Source: Octopus vulgaris (lineage: Eukaryota). From it: 64,000 bases of DNA. Numbering within the stretch: the stretch's first letter is position 1; the number at the start of each line of letters is the position of its first letter. The stretch spans positions 26,536,001 to 26,600,000 of the forward strand of contig OX597832.1 of assembly GCA_951406725.2 (NCBI GenBank), given 5' to 3'. The notes below the pieces were generated by a model that made no database searches, was not told where the DNA came from, and saw only the letters and a list, made by a program, of their open reading frames with translations. A program made the position numbers and the translations under genes. Below, in pieces: positions 13,335 to 25,037 of the stretch.

Positions 13335-15540
13335 ACCCACCCCTTCTCCACTTCCGTCTGTTGTTACCATTCCCCCCGATCTTCCCCTCTCTGCGGCTGA
13401 ACGCTCCGTCCTTGGTAGGGGTCTGCGTTTCATTCCCCTCACTCCATCCTGTAAGGAATTCCAGACGCGAGTTGATGTCCACAGCTTTGTGCGCCGTGTC
13501 CGGTTGGGTGCTCATTACCACGACTCGCCACCCACACCCAACGAAGAGGACTGCTTCACTGGCCTGGGCCGCTGACCATCCCCGTGGACGCCTGCCCCTG
13601 GCCAGATCCTAGCAGTGGATCTTTTCGCGGGCGCTTGTCAGCGTGCATTGGAGCGGTTCAACTTCTCCAGGCGCCAACGCCGCCTCAACATCTCCCCGGC
13701 TGAGCTCTTGGCTCTTCGTTCCCTCCAACGGCGCGCTGACATTATCATCAAACCGGCTGACAAGGGTGGAGCTGTAGTGGTGTGGCGCGCGGACCTCTAT
13801 AGGGCCGAGGCTTTCCGCCAACTCAATGACACCTCCTTCTATTCCCCTCTACCCTCTAACCCCACACGTAGCTACCAACAGACGGTATCCTCTACTGTCC
13901 ACGACCTCATCTCGTCCTCTCGTCTCCCCCGCACCGCATCCAACCTAATTGTGCGAACCCCACGTACCCCCACCATTTACTTCCTCCCCAAAATCCACAA
14001 ACCCAACAACCCTGGCCGCCCCATTGTCTCCGCCTGTAACTGCCCCACGGAGCTCATCTCTAAATACCTCGACCGTGTCCTTGCCCCCTAGTGGCATCTC
14101 TTCCCTCCCACATCCACGATACCAACCATGCTCTCCGGCTTTTCAACTCTTTCTCCTTTCCTCCCAGCTCCTCCAAAATCCTTTTTACTATGGACATCCA
14201 AAGCCTCTATACTGTTATCCCTCACCACGAAGGACTGCAGGCCCCTCGACACTTTCTTGACCTCCGCTCTAACCCTGTACCTGACACCTCCACACTCATT
14301 CGTCTGGCCGAACTTGTCCTTACTCTGAACTGCTTCTCGTTCGCGGGCGAGTTCTACCATCAGGTCTCGGGAGTGGCCATGGGAATGCGAATGGGCCCCA
14401 ACTATGCGAACCTGTTCGTTGGCTATGTTGAGGCCCAAATATTCTCTAATTTCACTGGTCCCACTCCTGAACTATATGGTCGTTACATCGACGACATTAT
14501 CGGTGCCACCTCACTCTCCCGCGAACATCTAGATTCCTTCCTCTCTTTCGTCCAATCTTTCCATCCAGCCCTCCACTTCACTTCCACTATCTCCAACACC
14601 TCTGTCTCCTTCCTCGACATTTCGGTTAGCATTCTTCACTCCACTCTTACCACCTCCATTCACTACAAACACACCGACTCACACTCATACCTCAACTTCT
14701 CTTCCTCCCACCCAGAACACACCAAGCTTTCCATCCCCTATTCCCAATTCCTCCGTCTACGTAGGCTCTGTAGTGACGACCATGACTTTGAGACTCAGTC
14801 TCAACGTATGGCTCACCACTTCACCCTACGTGGATACCCCCTCACCACTATCCACACCGCCCTTGCCAGAGCACGGTCCGTGGACCGTGTATCTGCTCTC
14901 TCTCCCCGAACCCGCCCTGTAGTCTCCCGCCTCCATTTTCCCCTCACTTACCACCCCACGACCCTACGTCTCCAACGCACCATTCTTCGAGCTTTCCGTC
15001 ATCTCCAGTCCGACCCGTCCACTTCACACCTCTTCCCTAACCGACCCCTCCCCTCTTTCAAACGAGCCCACAACCTTCGAGACCTTTTGGTCCATAGCTC
15101 CTTCCCTGACCCTACCTCCCAACCCGGCTCGTTCCCCTGCTCCCGCCCACGTTGCCGCACTTGCCCTTACCTCTCCAACACCACCCGCCTCACTAGCACC
15201 CACCATCGACCCTATCCCATCATCCACTCCTTCACCTGCACCTCCAGCAATATTATCTATTGCATCTCTTGCTCTCTCTGCAATTCCTTGTACATCGGAC
15301 AAACGGGACGCCGCTTGGCTGACCAGTTCGCGGAACACCTTCGTGACATCCACCTTGCGAACGACACACTGGTCTCACGCCATTTCCGCTCCACCGGTCA
15401 CTCCTTGCAACACCTATCTGTGTTCGGTTTGTCCTTACACAGAGGCCATCCGGATTCCCGTTTGCGCCGTGAACAGGAATTAATCTTCTCTCTTCGCTCT
15501 TATACGCCATTTGGTCTCAACTCTCCCCCTCCTCATCTAA
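13335..15540 (+). pseudogene. Disrupted PLE polyprotein: reverse transcriptase + GIY-YIG endonuclease
   Basis: N-region [17 protein letters not shown]; KPADKG; YFLPKIHK..PGRPIVS; RT motifs FTMDIQSLYTVIP, GVAMGMRMGPNYANLFVG, RYIDD; Cys linker CSRPRCRTC; IIYCISCSLCNSLYIGQTGR. In-frame TGA at 13573-13575 and a frameshift near 14085-14090. Confidence 0.9.
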
Positions 15541-15819
15541 CCCCCCTCTCCCCCTCCTCACCTATCCTTTCCCCCCGACCCCTACTTCTTCAGTCCTTCA
15601 TCCTTTCACCCCTACTCCCCTTCCCTTCTTCCCTCTTTCTCCCTCCCTCCTTCCCTCTTCCCCTTCCCTCTCTTTCCTCACTCCCCTTCCTTCTCCCCTT
15701 CCTTCTCCCCCCTCCTCCCCTTCCTTCTCCCCCTCATCTCTCTCCCCCATCCTCTCCCCCTCCCCCTCTTCTCCTCACTACACCACACAACTTTACACAT
15801 CACATCATATATGATGTGC

Positions 15820-16160
15820 CATACTAATACATACACCAACTAATACATACTAATACGTACTAATACATACTAATACATACTAATACATACACCAACCCTA
15901 TACATACACACGTCCAGACCCCTCATACGCACTTATACTCTCTCATACACACACACACACACACTTATACATACTAATACGTACTAATACATACTAATAC
16001 ATACTAATACATACACCAACCCCATACATACGCACGTCCAGACCAATCCTACGCACTAATACTCTCTCATACACACACACACACACACACACCCTTATAC
16101 ATACTAATACATACACCAACCCTATACATACACACGTCCAGACCCCTCCTACGCACTATT
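15820..16160 (+). repeat. Composite tandem repeat in PLE 3' region (TACTAATACA units in ~100-120 bp higher-order repeats)
   Basis: Three copies of ...atacaccaaccc(t/c)atacatac(a/g)cacgtccagacc.... Confidence 0.8.
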
Positions 16161-16329
16161 AGCTGGTCCTTCAACCCTATTATCAACCCTATTATCTCCC
16201 CTTATTTCGCTCTCGCGTCTCATGTTTGATCTTTGACCTCTGGCCAAAATCAGATCGCCATGTTGATTCGTTAGCTACTGCACGCATTTTTTTCTCTCCT
16301 TCTTTCTGTGTTTTTTTTCTCTCTGTGTA

Positions 16330-16367
16330 TCTTTCTGTTGAAGAGCGTAGGCTCGAAACGTTAAAGA
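16330..16367 (+). ncRNA. Minimal type I hammerhead ribozyme motif in PLE 3' terminal region (A6U variant)
   Basis: UCUUU-CUGUUGA-A-GAGC-guag-GCUC-GAA-ACGU-U-AAAGA. PLEs are known to carry such minimal hammerheads with a palindromic stem III. Confidence 0.7.
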
Positions 16368-17187
16368 CTTGTTTTATTTATATTTCCTGAGCGCCATACT
16401 AATACAATTGTTCGTTTGTTTTCCACCTGCCTTCGTCTTTTGTCTATTTTCATAAAGCTTCCCGTTATATATATATATATATGTATATACATATATATAT
16501 ATATAGACAGAGAGAGAGAGATCAAAACTACACTCCACCCCCAAAAGGCTGTCAGACTGGTTGCCAAGAACGTACAATGCCACTCCAGTTTCTGACCGAC
16601 TAATATGCTGTCTTCCTTGACCTATAAACTGTTCTCTTTGAACCCTGGATATAGTCCCATTCTGGCCTAGACATGCTGTCACCATTGACCCATAAACATA
16701 GTATAACATCAGGTCCTCTCTGACCCAGCGACATACTATCTTCTCTGGGCTTCAGACAAGCTATCTTGCTTGGATTATAGAAACTGCCCCCCCCCCCCCC
16801 CCACCTCTGGTTCACTCCCTTTGTCAAGGGACACACTTGTCTTCCAAAGCCTATAGAATGCCGGCTCTTCTGGTCCACAGCGTACTGTCCCTTTTGGGCC
16901 ATGGACATACTATCTCCTTGACCTTTCTACTAATGCTGTATGAGCCTCGTACCCCATGCCCCCCACTGCCCACCTAAATACTTATACGATTTCTAGCATT
17001 GGCAAAAGGTCAGATTAAGTCAACTTCAGTACTAGTATTTTATTATATCAACATTAGAAGGATAAAAAGAAAAGGTGACCTCAGCTGAATTTGAACTCGG
17101 GTTTAGTGACATAAAGCTTCCTAACTCAATACACAAAGCATAATGTCCGATACTCTACTGATTCTGCCCATTTACCATCCTTTCAAA

Positions 17188-17799
17188 TCTCTCTCTATAT
17201 AAAGCTGAAGTTGTCTGTGTATGGCAGGTTTGGTAGCCTTCAACTAACATTATCTCCTCCGAGACCCTGAGGCGCAAGTTGACCAAAATTGAGAGTATGA
17301 TAGAAGAAGGCTTGCTCTTCCTTCCGTATGAGAAAAATTCAAATCGGACCATGTTAACACCAAAAATCCTTTACATCAAAAAGGGTGCTTTTTTTCTATG
17401 AAAATCCCTATTTTTTAACGATTTTTTGACTGCTGTGTCGCCAGGTTTGGTAGCCTTCAACTAACACTATCTCCTCCGAGACCCTGCAGCGCAAGTTGAC
17501 CAAAATTGAGAGTATGATAGACGAAGGCTTGCTCTTCATTCCGTAGAAGATAAAATTCAAATCGGACCATGTTAACACCAAAAATTATTTACATCAAAAA
17601 GGTGCTTTTTTTTCTATGAAAATCCCTATTTTTTACGATTTTTTTGACTGCTGTGTCGCTATTTTTCGGTGTATTTCAACCAGAAAAATGTTCACTTAAA
17701 GGGAATAACAAGCTACATAATGCCAAAATTTTTACTTTTCAAAAATTCCAATTCTAAAGGGTCGAAACAAACCTGAGCAACGCCGGGCGATTCTGCTAG
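17188..17799 (+). mobile_element. Non-autonomous Helitron with internal ~220-bp tandem duplication
   Basis: A|TC 5' end, CTAG|T 3' end, subterminal GC hairpin (cctgagcaacgccggg), no TSD; 17225-17440 repeated at 17443-17660. Confidence 0.85.
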
Positions 17800-19184
17800 T
17801 AATAAATAATCTTAATCTCAGATTTATAGAAATGAGGAAATATGTTTGATGTTCTTTGGGTTTCACTCACTGGAATTCATCATCATCATCATTTAACATA
17901 TATGTTCCTATGACTGCATCAGTGAGATGGAATTTGTGGTGGATTCTTTACACCAGATCCCCTCGCTAGCTCTAACACATTCCTGTTTCAAACCAAGCCA
18001 ATTAAATATTTCCTCAAAGTGAAACATGTTTTTCCATGGAAGACTGAAAACAAACCATGTTAATTGTACGACAATGATCATTCACAACCCTCCTGTGATG
18101 TCACAGGGGTGCACAAAAATACACCCACACACACAACCGGCTGCTTTCAGTTCCTGTCAACCAAATCCATTCACAAGACATTATTTGACCTTGGGTTATA
18201 AAACACACCTTCCCAAGGTGTAGTGCAGTGTAACTGAACCTGTGACTCCATAGTTGGGAAGCAAACTTCTTAACCACACAGCCATGCTTGGAAAACAAAA
18301 ACATTTCATAGAGTACCATTGGAGTAAGCAGAGTTAATGAACTCAATGGCCATAGTAAGATTTGAACCTGTGATCATGTGGTTAGTAATTTTAACACCTT
18401 TAACCTCATTACCATTGTTATTTTCTTGTAATCAGACCCACCACAACTTAATTCTTCTTTCATTATAAGTTTAACTTCAGTTAACAGTTGAACGAAACTT
18501 CTACAGAGATAAACAGCAGTAATTAAATGCTCGTTAACCTCAAACTTGTTAGACATTAACAGCAGCTCCAATTATACATGTAGTTGCCATCATCACCATC
18601 ACATTAGATTACAAACAATCCCCACTGCAGTATACACCACTACGATATACTATACTGTACTGCAATTCACCATCACTACACTATGTTTCGGAGGTGCATG
18701 GCTTGGTGGTTAGAGCATTGGGATCACAAGCATGAGGTTGTGAGTTCAATTTCAAGACCAGACTGTGTGTTGTTTTCTTGAGCAAGATATTTTATTTCCC
18801 TCATCTGTAGAAATGAGTTGTGACATCACAGGTGCCAAGCTGTATCGGCCCCTTTGCCTTTCCCTTGGATAACATCAGTGTCATGGAGAGGAGAGGCCGG
18901 TATGCATGGGCAACTGCTGGTCTTCCACAAACAACCTTGCCCAGACTTGTACCTTGGAGGGGAACTTTGGTCATTCATGGCCAAAAGGGGTCTTTACACA
19001 TTACACTACGTTACACAGCAACACACCACATATTATTTAAAAGGTAGCAGATATTGTCTGATGACGAAAAACAGTCACCACATAATTCACACTTGAATCT
19101 GCCAGAACATATCGAGAACGGACACGTTCTCGTTTGGACTGTCACTGTTCTGCATCCACCTCAGGAATTACAACCAAAATTCAT

Positions 19185-19278
19185 TTTATTAAATCTCTCA
19201 AAATGAAACCAATTTGTGTATTTTCGCTTTAAGAAAAAACAGTCAAGACAAATTTGAATCAATTCATTTTATTTTATT
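19185..19278 (-). terminator. Candidate polyadenylation signals of the metallothionein gene
   Basis: AATAAA on minus strand at 19273-19278, 19268-19273 and 19185-19190, about 90-190 nt past the stop codon. Confidence 0.55.
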
Positions 19279-19370
19279 AATATAATTAATTGATCAATCA
19301 AGTAAAGAAACACATGAAAGCAATGAATGAAGAACTACAAAGAACATAGTCAAAGTGTTTTGTGGTTTCT

Positions 19371-19429
19371 CTACTTGCAGCAACTCTTCTCTGAGCCATG
19401 CTTGCAGCCGGAGTCACATTTGCAATTGC
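19371..19429 (-). CDS. MT: Metallothionein exon 3 (terminal): (G)NCKCDSGCKHGSEKSCCK*
   Basis: Acceptor ctaattctcgtttcag; phase 1 matches exon 2; CxC/CC pattern; TAG at 19371-19373. Confidence 0.9.
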
Positions 19430-21040
19430 CTGAAACGAGAATTAGAAACTTAGCATTAGGAAGGGCATCAAGCTGTAGAAACAACGCCAGACTAGACATA
19501 GGGCTGCGTCAGCAAGGAAGGCAGGTGTTAAAAATGATATTGATAAACTGAAGGTTACTAAATAGAACTTGGAGAATTTAAGAGAGAAGAGATTGAAAGT
19601 GCTATAGATCAACAAAGATCAATTAAATTTATGAAGAAACAAAAAAAAAAAAAATCCTGACATTGCCCCCTCTTTACTCTTTTACTTGTTTCAGTCATTT
19701 GACTGTGGCCATGCTGGAGCACCACCTTTAATCGAGCAACTCGACCCCGGGACTTATTCTTTTGTTTCTTTTGCCGAACTGCTAAGTAACGGGGACATCA
19801 ACACACCAGCATCGGTTGTCAAGCAATGCTAAGGGGACAAACACACATACATATATATACATATATATACATATATACGACAGGCTTTTTTCAGTTTCTG
19901 TCTACCAAATCCACTCACAAGGCTTTGGTCGGCCCAAGGCTATAGTAGAAGACACTTGCCCAGGTGCCACGCAGTGGGACTGAACCCGGAACCATGTGGT
20001 TGGTAAACAAGCTACTTACCACACAGCCACTCCTGCGCCCTGTTTTTTTCTTTTCCCAAAACATTGTCTAGAACTAAGCTGTCTTTAAGGCAGTAAGGTG
20101 TGAGCTCTGGCTTGTGCATTAGTTTTAATTACAGTACACCTGGAGGTTTTCTCAATCTCCTCTCTTTGAGATTAGGGAATTTAGGTAGATTCAGACAAGA
20201 ACGTTTCTGATTTTACCAAAAACTGAAGGAGACCAAACTTTACAAAAGAAACATGCCATACTTTCCCGGTTTCAATTCTATGTATCACCCTTCACAAGTC
20301 AGTAAAATATATTACAGGGGTCAATATAAATAATTAATTGCTTCATCGCTAGAAGGTGGCGCCCCAACATGATTGCATTCCGAATTTAGTGTATGTTTGA
20401 GGGGAGGGGGAAGAGAAAGGTATATTCTTTTAAACACGTGGACTTCAATATCCTTTTATTCTTTTATTTGTTTCAGTCATTTGATTGCAGCCATGCTGGA
20501 GCACCACCTTTTAGTTGAAGAAATCAACCCCAGGAATTAACAAAGCATAAAAGCCCACCATTCATAATAATTTTCATAAACAGGAAGAGGGCTGAAAACT
20601 CAGAAAACAAAATGTTTTGACTTGGTTCTATTGTTTTATTAATATACGTATTTGCATTCACCACATCCAATTTCTTTATTATCCACAAGGGCCCAAACAT
20701 AGAGGGGGACAATACAGCCTGATTGGGGTCAGACACACAATGATTATATGACTTTTAAAATTTTACAAAATATAATGAAATCGAATGAGATACAACAAGG
20801 ACGAAATACAAACATGAAATGAAGCAGAGAGATGGGTTACGCTCCGACCCCACGAGCCCCATTCTCCTACTGGAACCTTTGTATTCAGACTTATGACATG
20901 TTCACGAGGAATCTTTCATTCCCAGCACCCTCGCAACATGCAACCATCTTTCTTTGAACATTTTTCTTTGACAGGCATCTTCTTTCCAGCCTCACCTTCC
21001 TTTTAAGGTGGAAGATAAAATATCTCACCACATCCCCCCT

Positions 21041-21426
21041 GGATGGAAGCACTCCGTCGGTTACGACGACGAGGGTTCCGGTTGATCCGAATCAACGGAA
21101 CAACCTGCTCGTGAAATTAACGTGTAAGTGGCTGAGCACTCCACAGACACGTGTACCCTTAACGTAGTTCTTGGGGATATTCAGCGTGACACAGAGAGTG
21201 ACAAGGCCGGCCCTTTGAAATACAGGTACAACAGAAACAGGAAGTAAGAGTGAGAGAAAGTTGTGGCGAAAGAGTACAGCAGGGATCACCACCATCCCCT
21301 GCCAGAGCCTCGTGGAGCTTTAGGTGTTTTCGCTCAATAAACACTCACAACGCCTGGTCTGGGAATCGAAACCGCGATCCTACGACCGCGAGTCCGCTGC
21401 CCTAACCACTGGGCCATTGCGCCTCC
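21041..21426 (-). mobile_element. SINE family C (tRNA-derived head) with TSD, in MT intron 2
   Basis: Head GGAGGCGCAATGGCCCAGTGGTTAGG...GGTTTCGATTCCC; TSD ac(c/t)acatcccccct at 21027-21040 and 21427-21440; another copy at 63713-64000. Confidence 0.8.
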
Positions 21427-21515
21427 ACTACATCCCCCCTAAACGCCCATTGAAATAAACGAACCATTATGTGGAAATCAAAGACAACCTGTTAGAGAGA
21501 GAAAGTGTGACTCAC

Positions 21516-21635
21516 CCTCTGAGCACTGGCACTTGGGTACCTTACAGTCCTTGCATTTACATTCGTCACCACATTTACATGCTGTGTTATCACACTTTCC
21601 AGTTTTACAGGATGAACTGCAGCCACATTTTCCAC
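21516..21635 (-). CDS. MT: Metallothionein exon 2: (G)GKCGCSSSCKTGKCDNTACKCGDECKCKDCKVPKCQCSE(G)
   Basis: Acceptor tttatttcgtttcag, donor gtgagt, 120 nt, phase 1-1, 11 Cys; resembles the molluscan MT motif CKCGDDCKC..CKV.C.C. Confidence 0.93.
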
Positions 21636-21667
21636 CTGAAACGAAATAAAATAAAAATCATACTTTA

Positions 21668-22036
21668 CTAGCAGAATCGCCCGGCGTTGCTCGGGTTTGT
21701 AAGGGAAATAACAATATAAGCATTTTTAGAGAGTTATAGCCAAAAAATAGCAAAAAAAATGCATTAAAAATGGAAAAAAAATTATGTTAATTTTTTAAAA
21801 AAATTGTTGACTCATTGTAGACATTTTTAGAGAGTTACTTCCCTTATATAATAGCGAAAAAAATGATGTTAAATTATTTTTAAAATCGTAGACTCACGCT
21901 AATACCCAGAAAGGCTCGATATGAATCACGACTATAAGATACCTGCTTTTGGTTAAACTGCACCGCAAAATGTGGGAGTAGTTAGGAATCTAAATCGTAG
22001 GAGACAGACACACAACCTCTCTTTTATATATAAAGA
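21668..22036 (-). mobile_element. Non-autonomous Helitron (same family as 60877-61272)
   Basis: Minus strand A|TCTTTATATATAAAAG ... cccgagcaacgccgggcgattctgCTAG|T; inserted about 30 bp from the MT exon 2 acceptor. Confidence 0.85.
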
Positions 22037-22065
22037 TATCTTTAAGTCATACTTTGTTATAAATG

Positions 22066-22382
22066 TTTTTTTTTATGCGCCCTTTTCAAGCCTAGCCAGG
22101 CTCATGGGCCCGGTTTCCCGGTTTCTGTGGCGTATGTGTTCCCCCTTAGCTGGATGGGACGCCAGTCCATCGCAGCATTACTCAAGAAACAGGAAGAGAG
22201 AGAGTGAGAGAAAGTTGGGGGCGAAAGAGTACAACAGGGGTTGCCACCACCCCCCTGCTGGAACCTCATGGAGCTTTAGGTGTTTTTGCTCAATAAACAC
22301 ACACAACGCCCGGTCTGGGAATCGAAACCACGATCCTCCGACCGCGAGTCTGCTGCCCTAACCACTGGGTCATTGCGCCTCC
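22066..22382 (-). mobile_element. SINE with family C head but different 3' half; poly(A) tail and 8-bp TSD
   Basis: TSD TATAAATG at 22058-22065 and 22383-22390; body contains GCGATGGACTGGCGTCCCATCCAG (V-SINE-domain-like, recalled). Confidence 0.75.
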
Positions 22383-22844
22383 TATAAATGCATTAACGTA
22401 CATTATTAGCTCTGGTGGTGATCATCATCGTCATCATATTTTAATTGCTTTAATACTTTTATAATTCATTAAAGACAGAAAATCTTATGCTCAGGTTACA
22501 GCTGATGGTTTGTCGCAAAGGAAGTAGAAACCCACACATCAAAGTATAAAGTTACCACAAGACTAAAGACCTGGCCCCAATGCTTCTTCTAACAATGGAC
22601 TCTGCTAAAGGCACCCTAAGGTCCTATGGTGGATTTATGATTTCTCACACAGACATACTCTTTTACTTGTTTCAGTCATTTGACTGCGGCCATGCTGGAG
22701 CACCGCCTCTAGTCGAGCAAATCGACCCCGGGACTTATTCTTTGTAAGCCCAGTACTTATTCTATCGGTATCTTTTGCCAAACCGCTAAGTGACGGGGAC
22801 GTAAACACACCAGCATCGATTGTCAAGCAATGCTAGGGGGACAA

Positions 22845-22911
<67 letters not shown>

Positions 22912-24817
22912 TACGACAGGCTTCTTTCAGTTTCCGTCTACCAAATCCACTCACAAGGCATTGGTCGGCCCGGGGCTATAGCAGAAAACACTTGCCCAAG
23001 ATGCCACGCAGTGGGACTGAACCCGGAACTATGTGGTTGGTTAGCAAGCTACTTACCACACAGCCACTCCGGCGCCTATACAAAAACAGTTGTTTTTTTC
23101 TTTTGAGAGGTGGGAAGGAGTAAAGTTGATTCAATTGACACCCCTCCCCACAACCCTTCTATACTTGATTGGTACTTATCCCTTATCAACCACACCACAC
23201 AGACTCCGGAAGATGACTTAGGCAAACACACACAGACACACCCCCCAAGCATATATAGAGAGAGGCTATAAGTGGTTTTTATCTATCATGAAATAGATTA
23301 TTTGTTACTACAAAGAGTATACAATCACAAAATTAAGATGGGGTTGTAGGGATGTTTTCATATGAGAGAATGGGTGGCTGTGTGCGTGTTTGTGTGTGTA
23401 TGTGTAAGTTAGTGGTGGAGGGGAGTGATATGGATAGCATTGGTCGCAGTTGTAATGGTGGTGGTGTGCGGAGCTGTACAAATATACTTAGTTTACATAC
23501 ATGCCTAAACAAATGTATGGTGTGTGAGAGAGAGAGAGAAAGAAACAGTCGGTATACTTTTCAAAAAAAAACAAAAAAAAACAGCAAATAAATTTTTCCA
23601 GAACAAAATGAAAAACATTTTTTTTGAAAAACAAACTCTCAACAAAGCATGTGACGACTTGCTAAAACTTTTGCTGTCAAAAAGTAAAAACCTAATTCCT
23701 ACTGCAGGTCATTGGTGTTTTGGTATGGGGATTGTATGGGTCTCCAGATTCCAACAAATAAATAAATAGAAAAAAAAATTAACAGTTAAGTTCATATTAA
23801 AAAATTTAATACATAGAGTATTTTAAAAGTCTTAAATCTATTATTGGTGTAGAACAGTAAAATTCTTTGGAAATTAAAATAAACTCAGGGTCGTTATTCA
23901 CTTGCAAAATAATAGCTAATTTAATGTTGACATATATTCCATGCATGGAATATTTAAAGTCTAAAAATAAAAACTTTTACAAAATATTGTGAGAAAAAAA
24001 AACTATCAGTTACTAATTTTTTTATTTTTGTTTTCTGGTTTGAAATGTGTCAAGTTGCCAACAGGTTTAGGACTTTTTCTGTCCTTTATTTGCAAATCAA
24101 GAGAACTTCATTCTTCACCTTCCACTAAACAGTGAAGGATTTACTTAGTAAACTGACATGATTAACACAGTGGTGTAGGAAAACAGAAAACCCCACCTAA
24201 AGGCAGTGCTCCAGCATGGCCACAGTCAAATGAAACAAGTATAAAAATAAATGTCGACCTATTCATATTTAATGTGTGGAGTGATTAAAAAGATAACTAC
24301 AAATAAAAACATGGTGGGAAAATAAGATGAAAGAAAAATGCCCTATTAGTAATTTTACAGGCAATTATGAGAGAAACATTTTTCAGGATGTTTCAGTGTT
24401 ATTCTGATCTCATCAGCAAAAAATATATAATCTTCACTGTATCTTTTGAAGTAATGATGAATGACTCACTAAATGAATGCACCAGAATGTAGGTCTGCTG
24501 ATATAGAGAAACAGGAAGAACAACCTACCCAGTACTGTTACGGGTCGTTTGAAAATAAATATATTTATGACGTTAATGGCCACCAAAAATTAGAAACCAA
24601 CCCACCCAATATTGTTCATGATCTACATCCTAATAAAACATCCTAGTTCAGTCTATGAAAGTGAATGGTTAAAGCCGTATGTGCTCAACAGCTGTTTCGT
24701 GGGTACGTAAATTAATTTGGAAGTGATGTTTACCCAAAACATCTGTAGAAAAAAATGGTAACCCGAAAAACCATTGTCCACCAGTATTTACTGCATTGTA
24801 ATAACATTGGAATTTAA

Positions 24818-25037
24818 CCCTTTCGTTACTGCATTTATTTTGAGATGCTCTGTGTTTCTTTCAATTACTTTAAATATAACAAAGAATTTAGTAAAATAAC
24901 TTAGTTATCATTCAGCTAGTGTTAGGAACATGAATTGTGACTAAGGTTTGGTGGAAGATTTTTATTCAAAACTTATGAAAATAAGACATTTGTACACAGA
25001 ACCAGAGCCGGTTTCAGCCGGGTTGGTAACAAAAGGG
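24818..25037. mobile_element. piggyBac-type MITE
   Basis: TTAA|CCCTTTCGTTAC ... GTAACAAAAGGG|TTAA. Confidence 0.8.

Larger units (their letters stand above)
13335..16465 (+). mobile_element. Penelope-like retroelement (Neptune-type), 5'-truncated, inserted in (TA)n
   Basis: RT + C-terminal GIY-YIG ORF, C/T-rich and tandem-repeat 3' region, terminal pLTR-like segment with hammerhead motif, ending ...gcttcccgt then (TA)n. Confidence 0.9.

Noticed and set aside
13573-13575. In-frame TGA in the PLE ORF as possible selenocysteine
   Set aside because: More simply CGA-to-TGA CpG decay; the copy also has a frameshift and I saw no SECIS-like element.
15540-15827. Pro/Leu/Ser-rich C-terminal extension of the 578-aa ORF
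   Set aside because: Read-through into the C/T-rich 3' region after the GIY-YIG domain ends (...GLN); low complexity.
15820-16160. Repeat-spacer pattern resembling a CRISPR array
   Set aside because: Spacers are themselves repeated simple sequence, the context is eukaryotic, and there are no cas genes.
21350-21426. tRNA gene-like sequences (also heads of SINE families A and B)
   Set aside because: A/B boxes are present, but they continue into SINE bodies with TSDs and lack a full cloverleaf.
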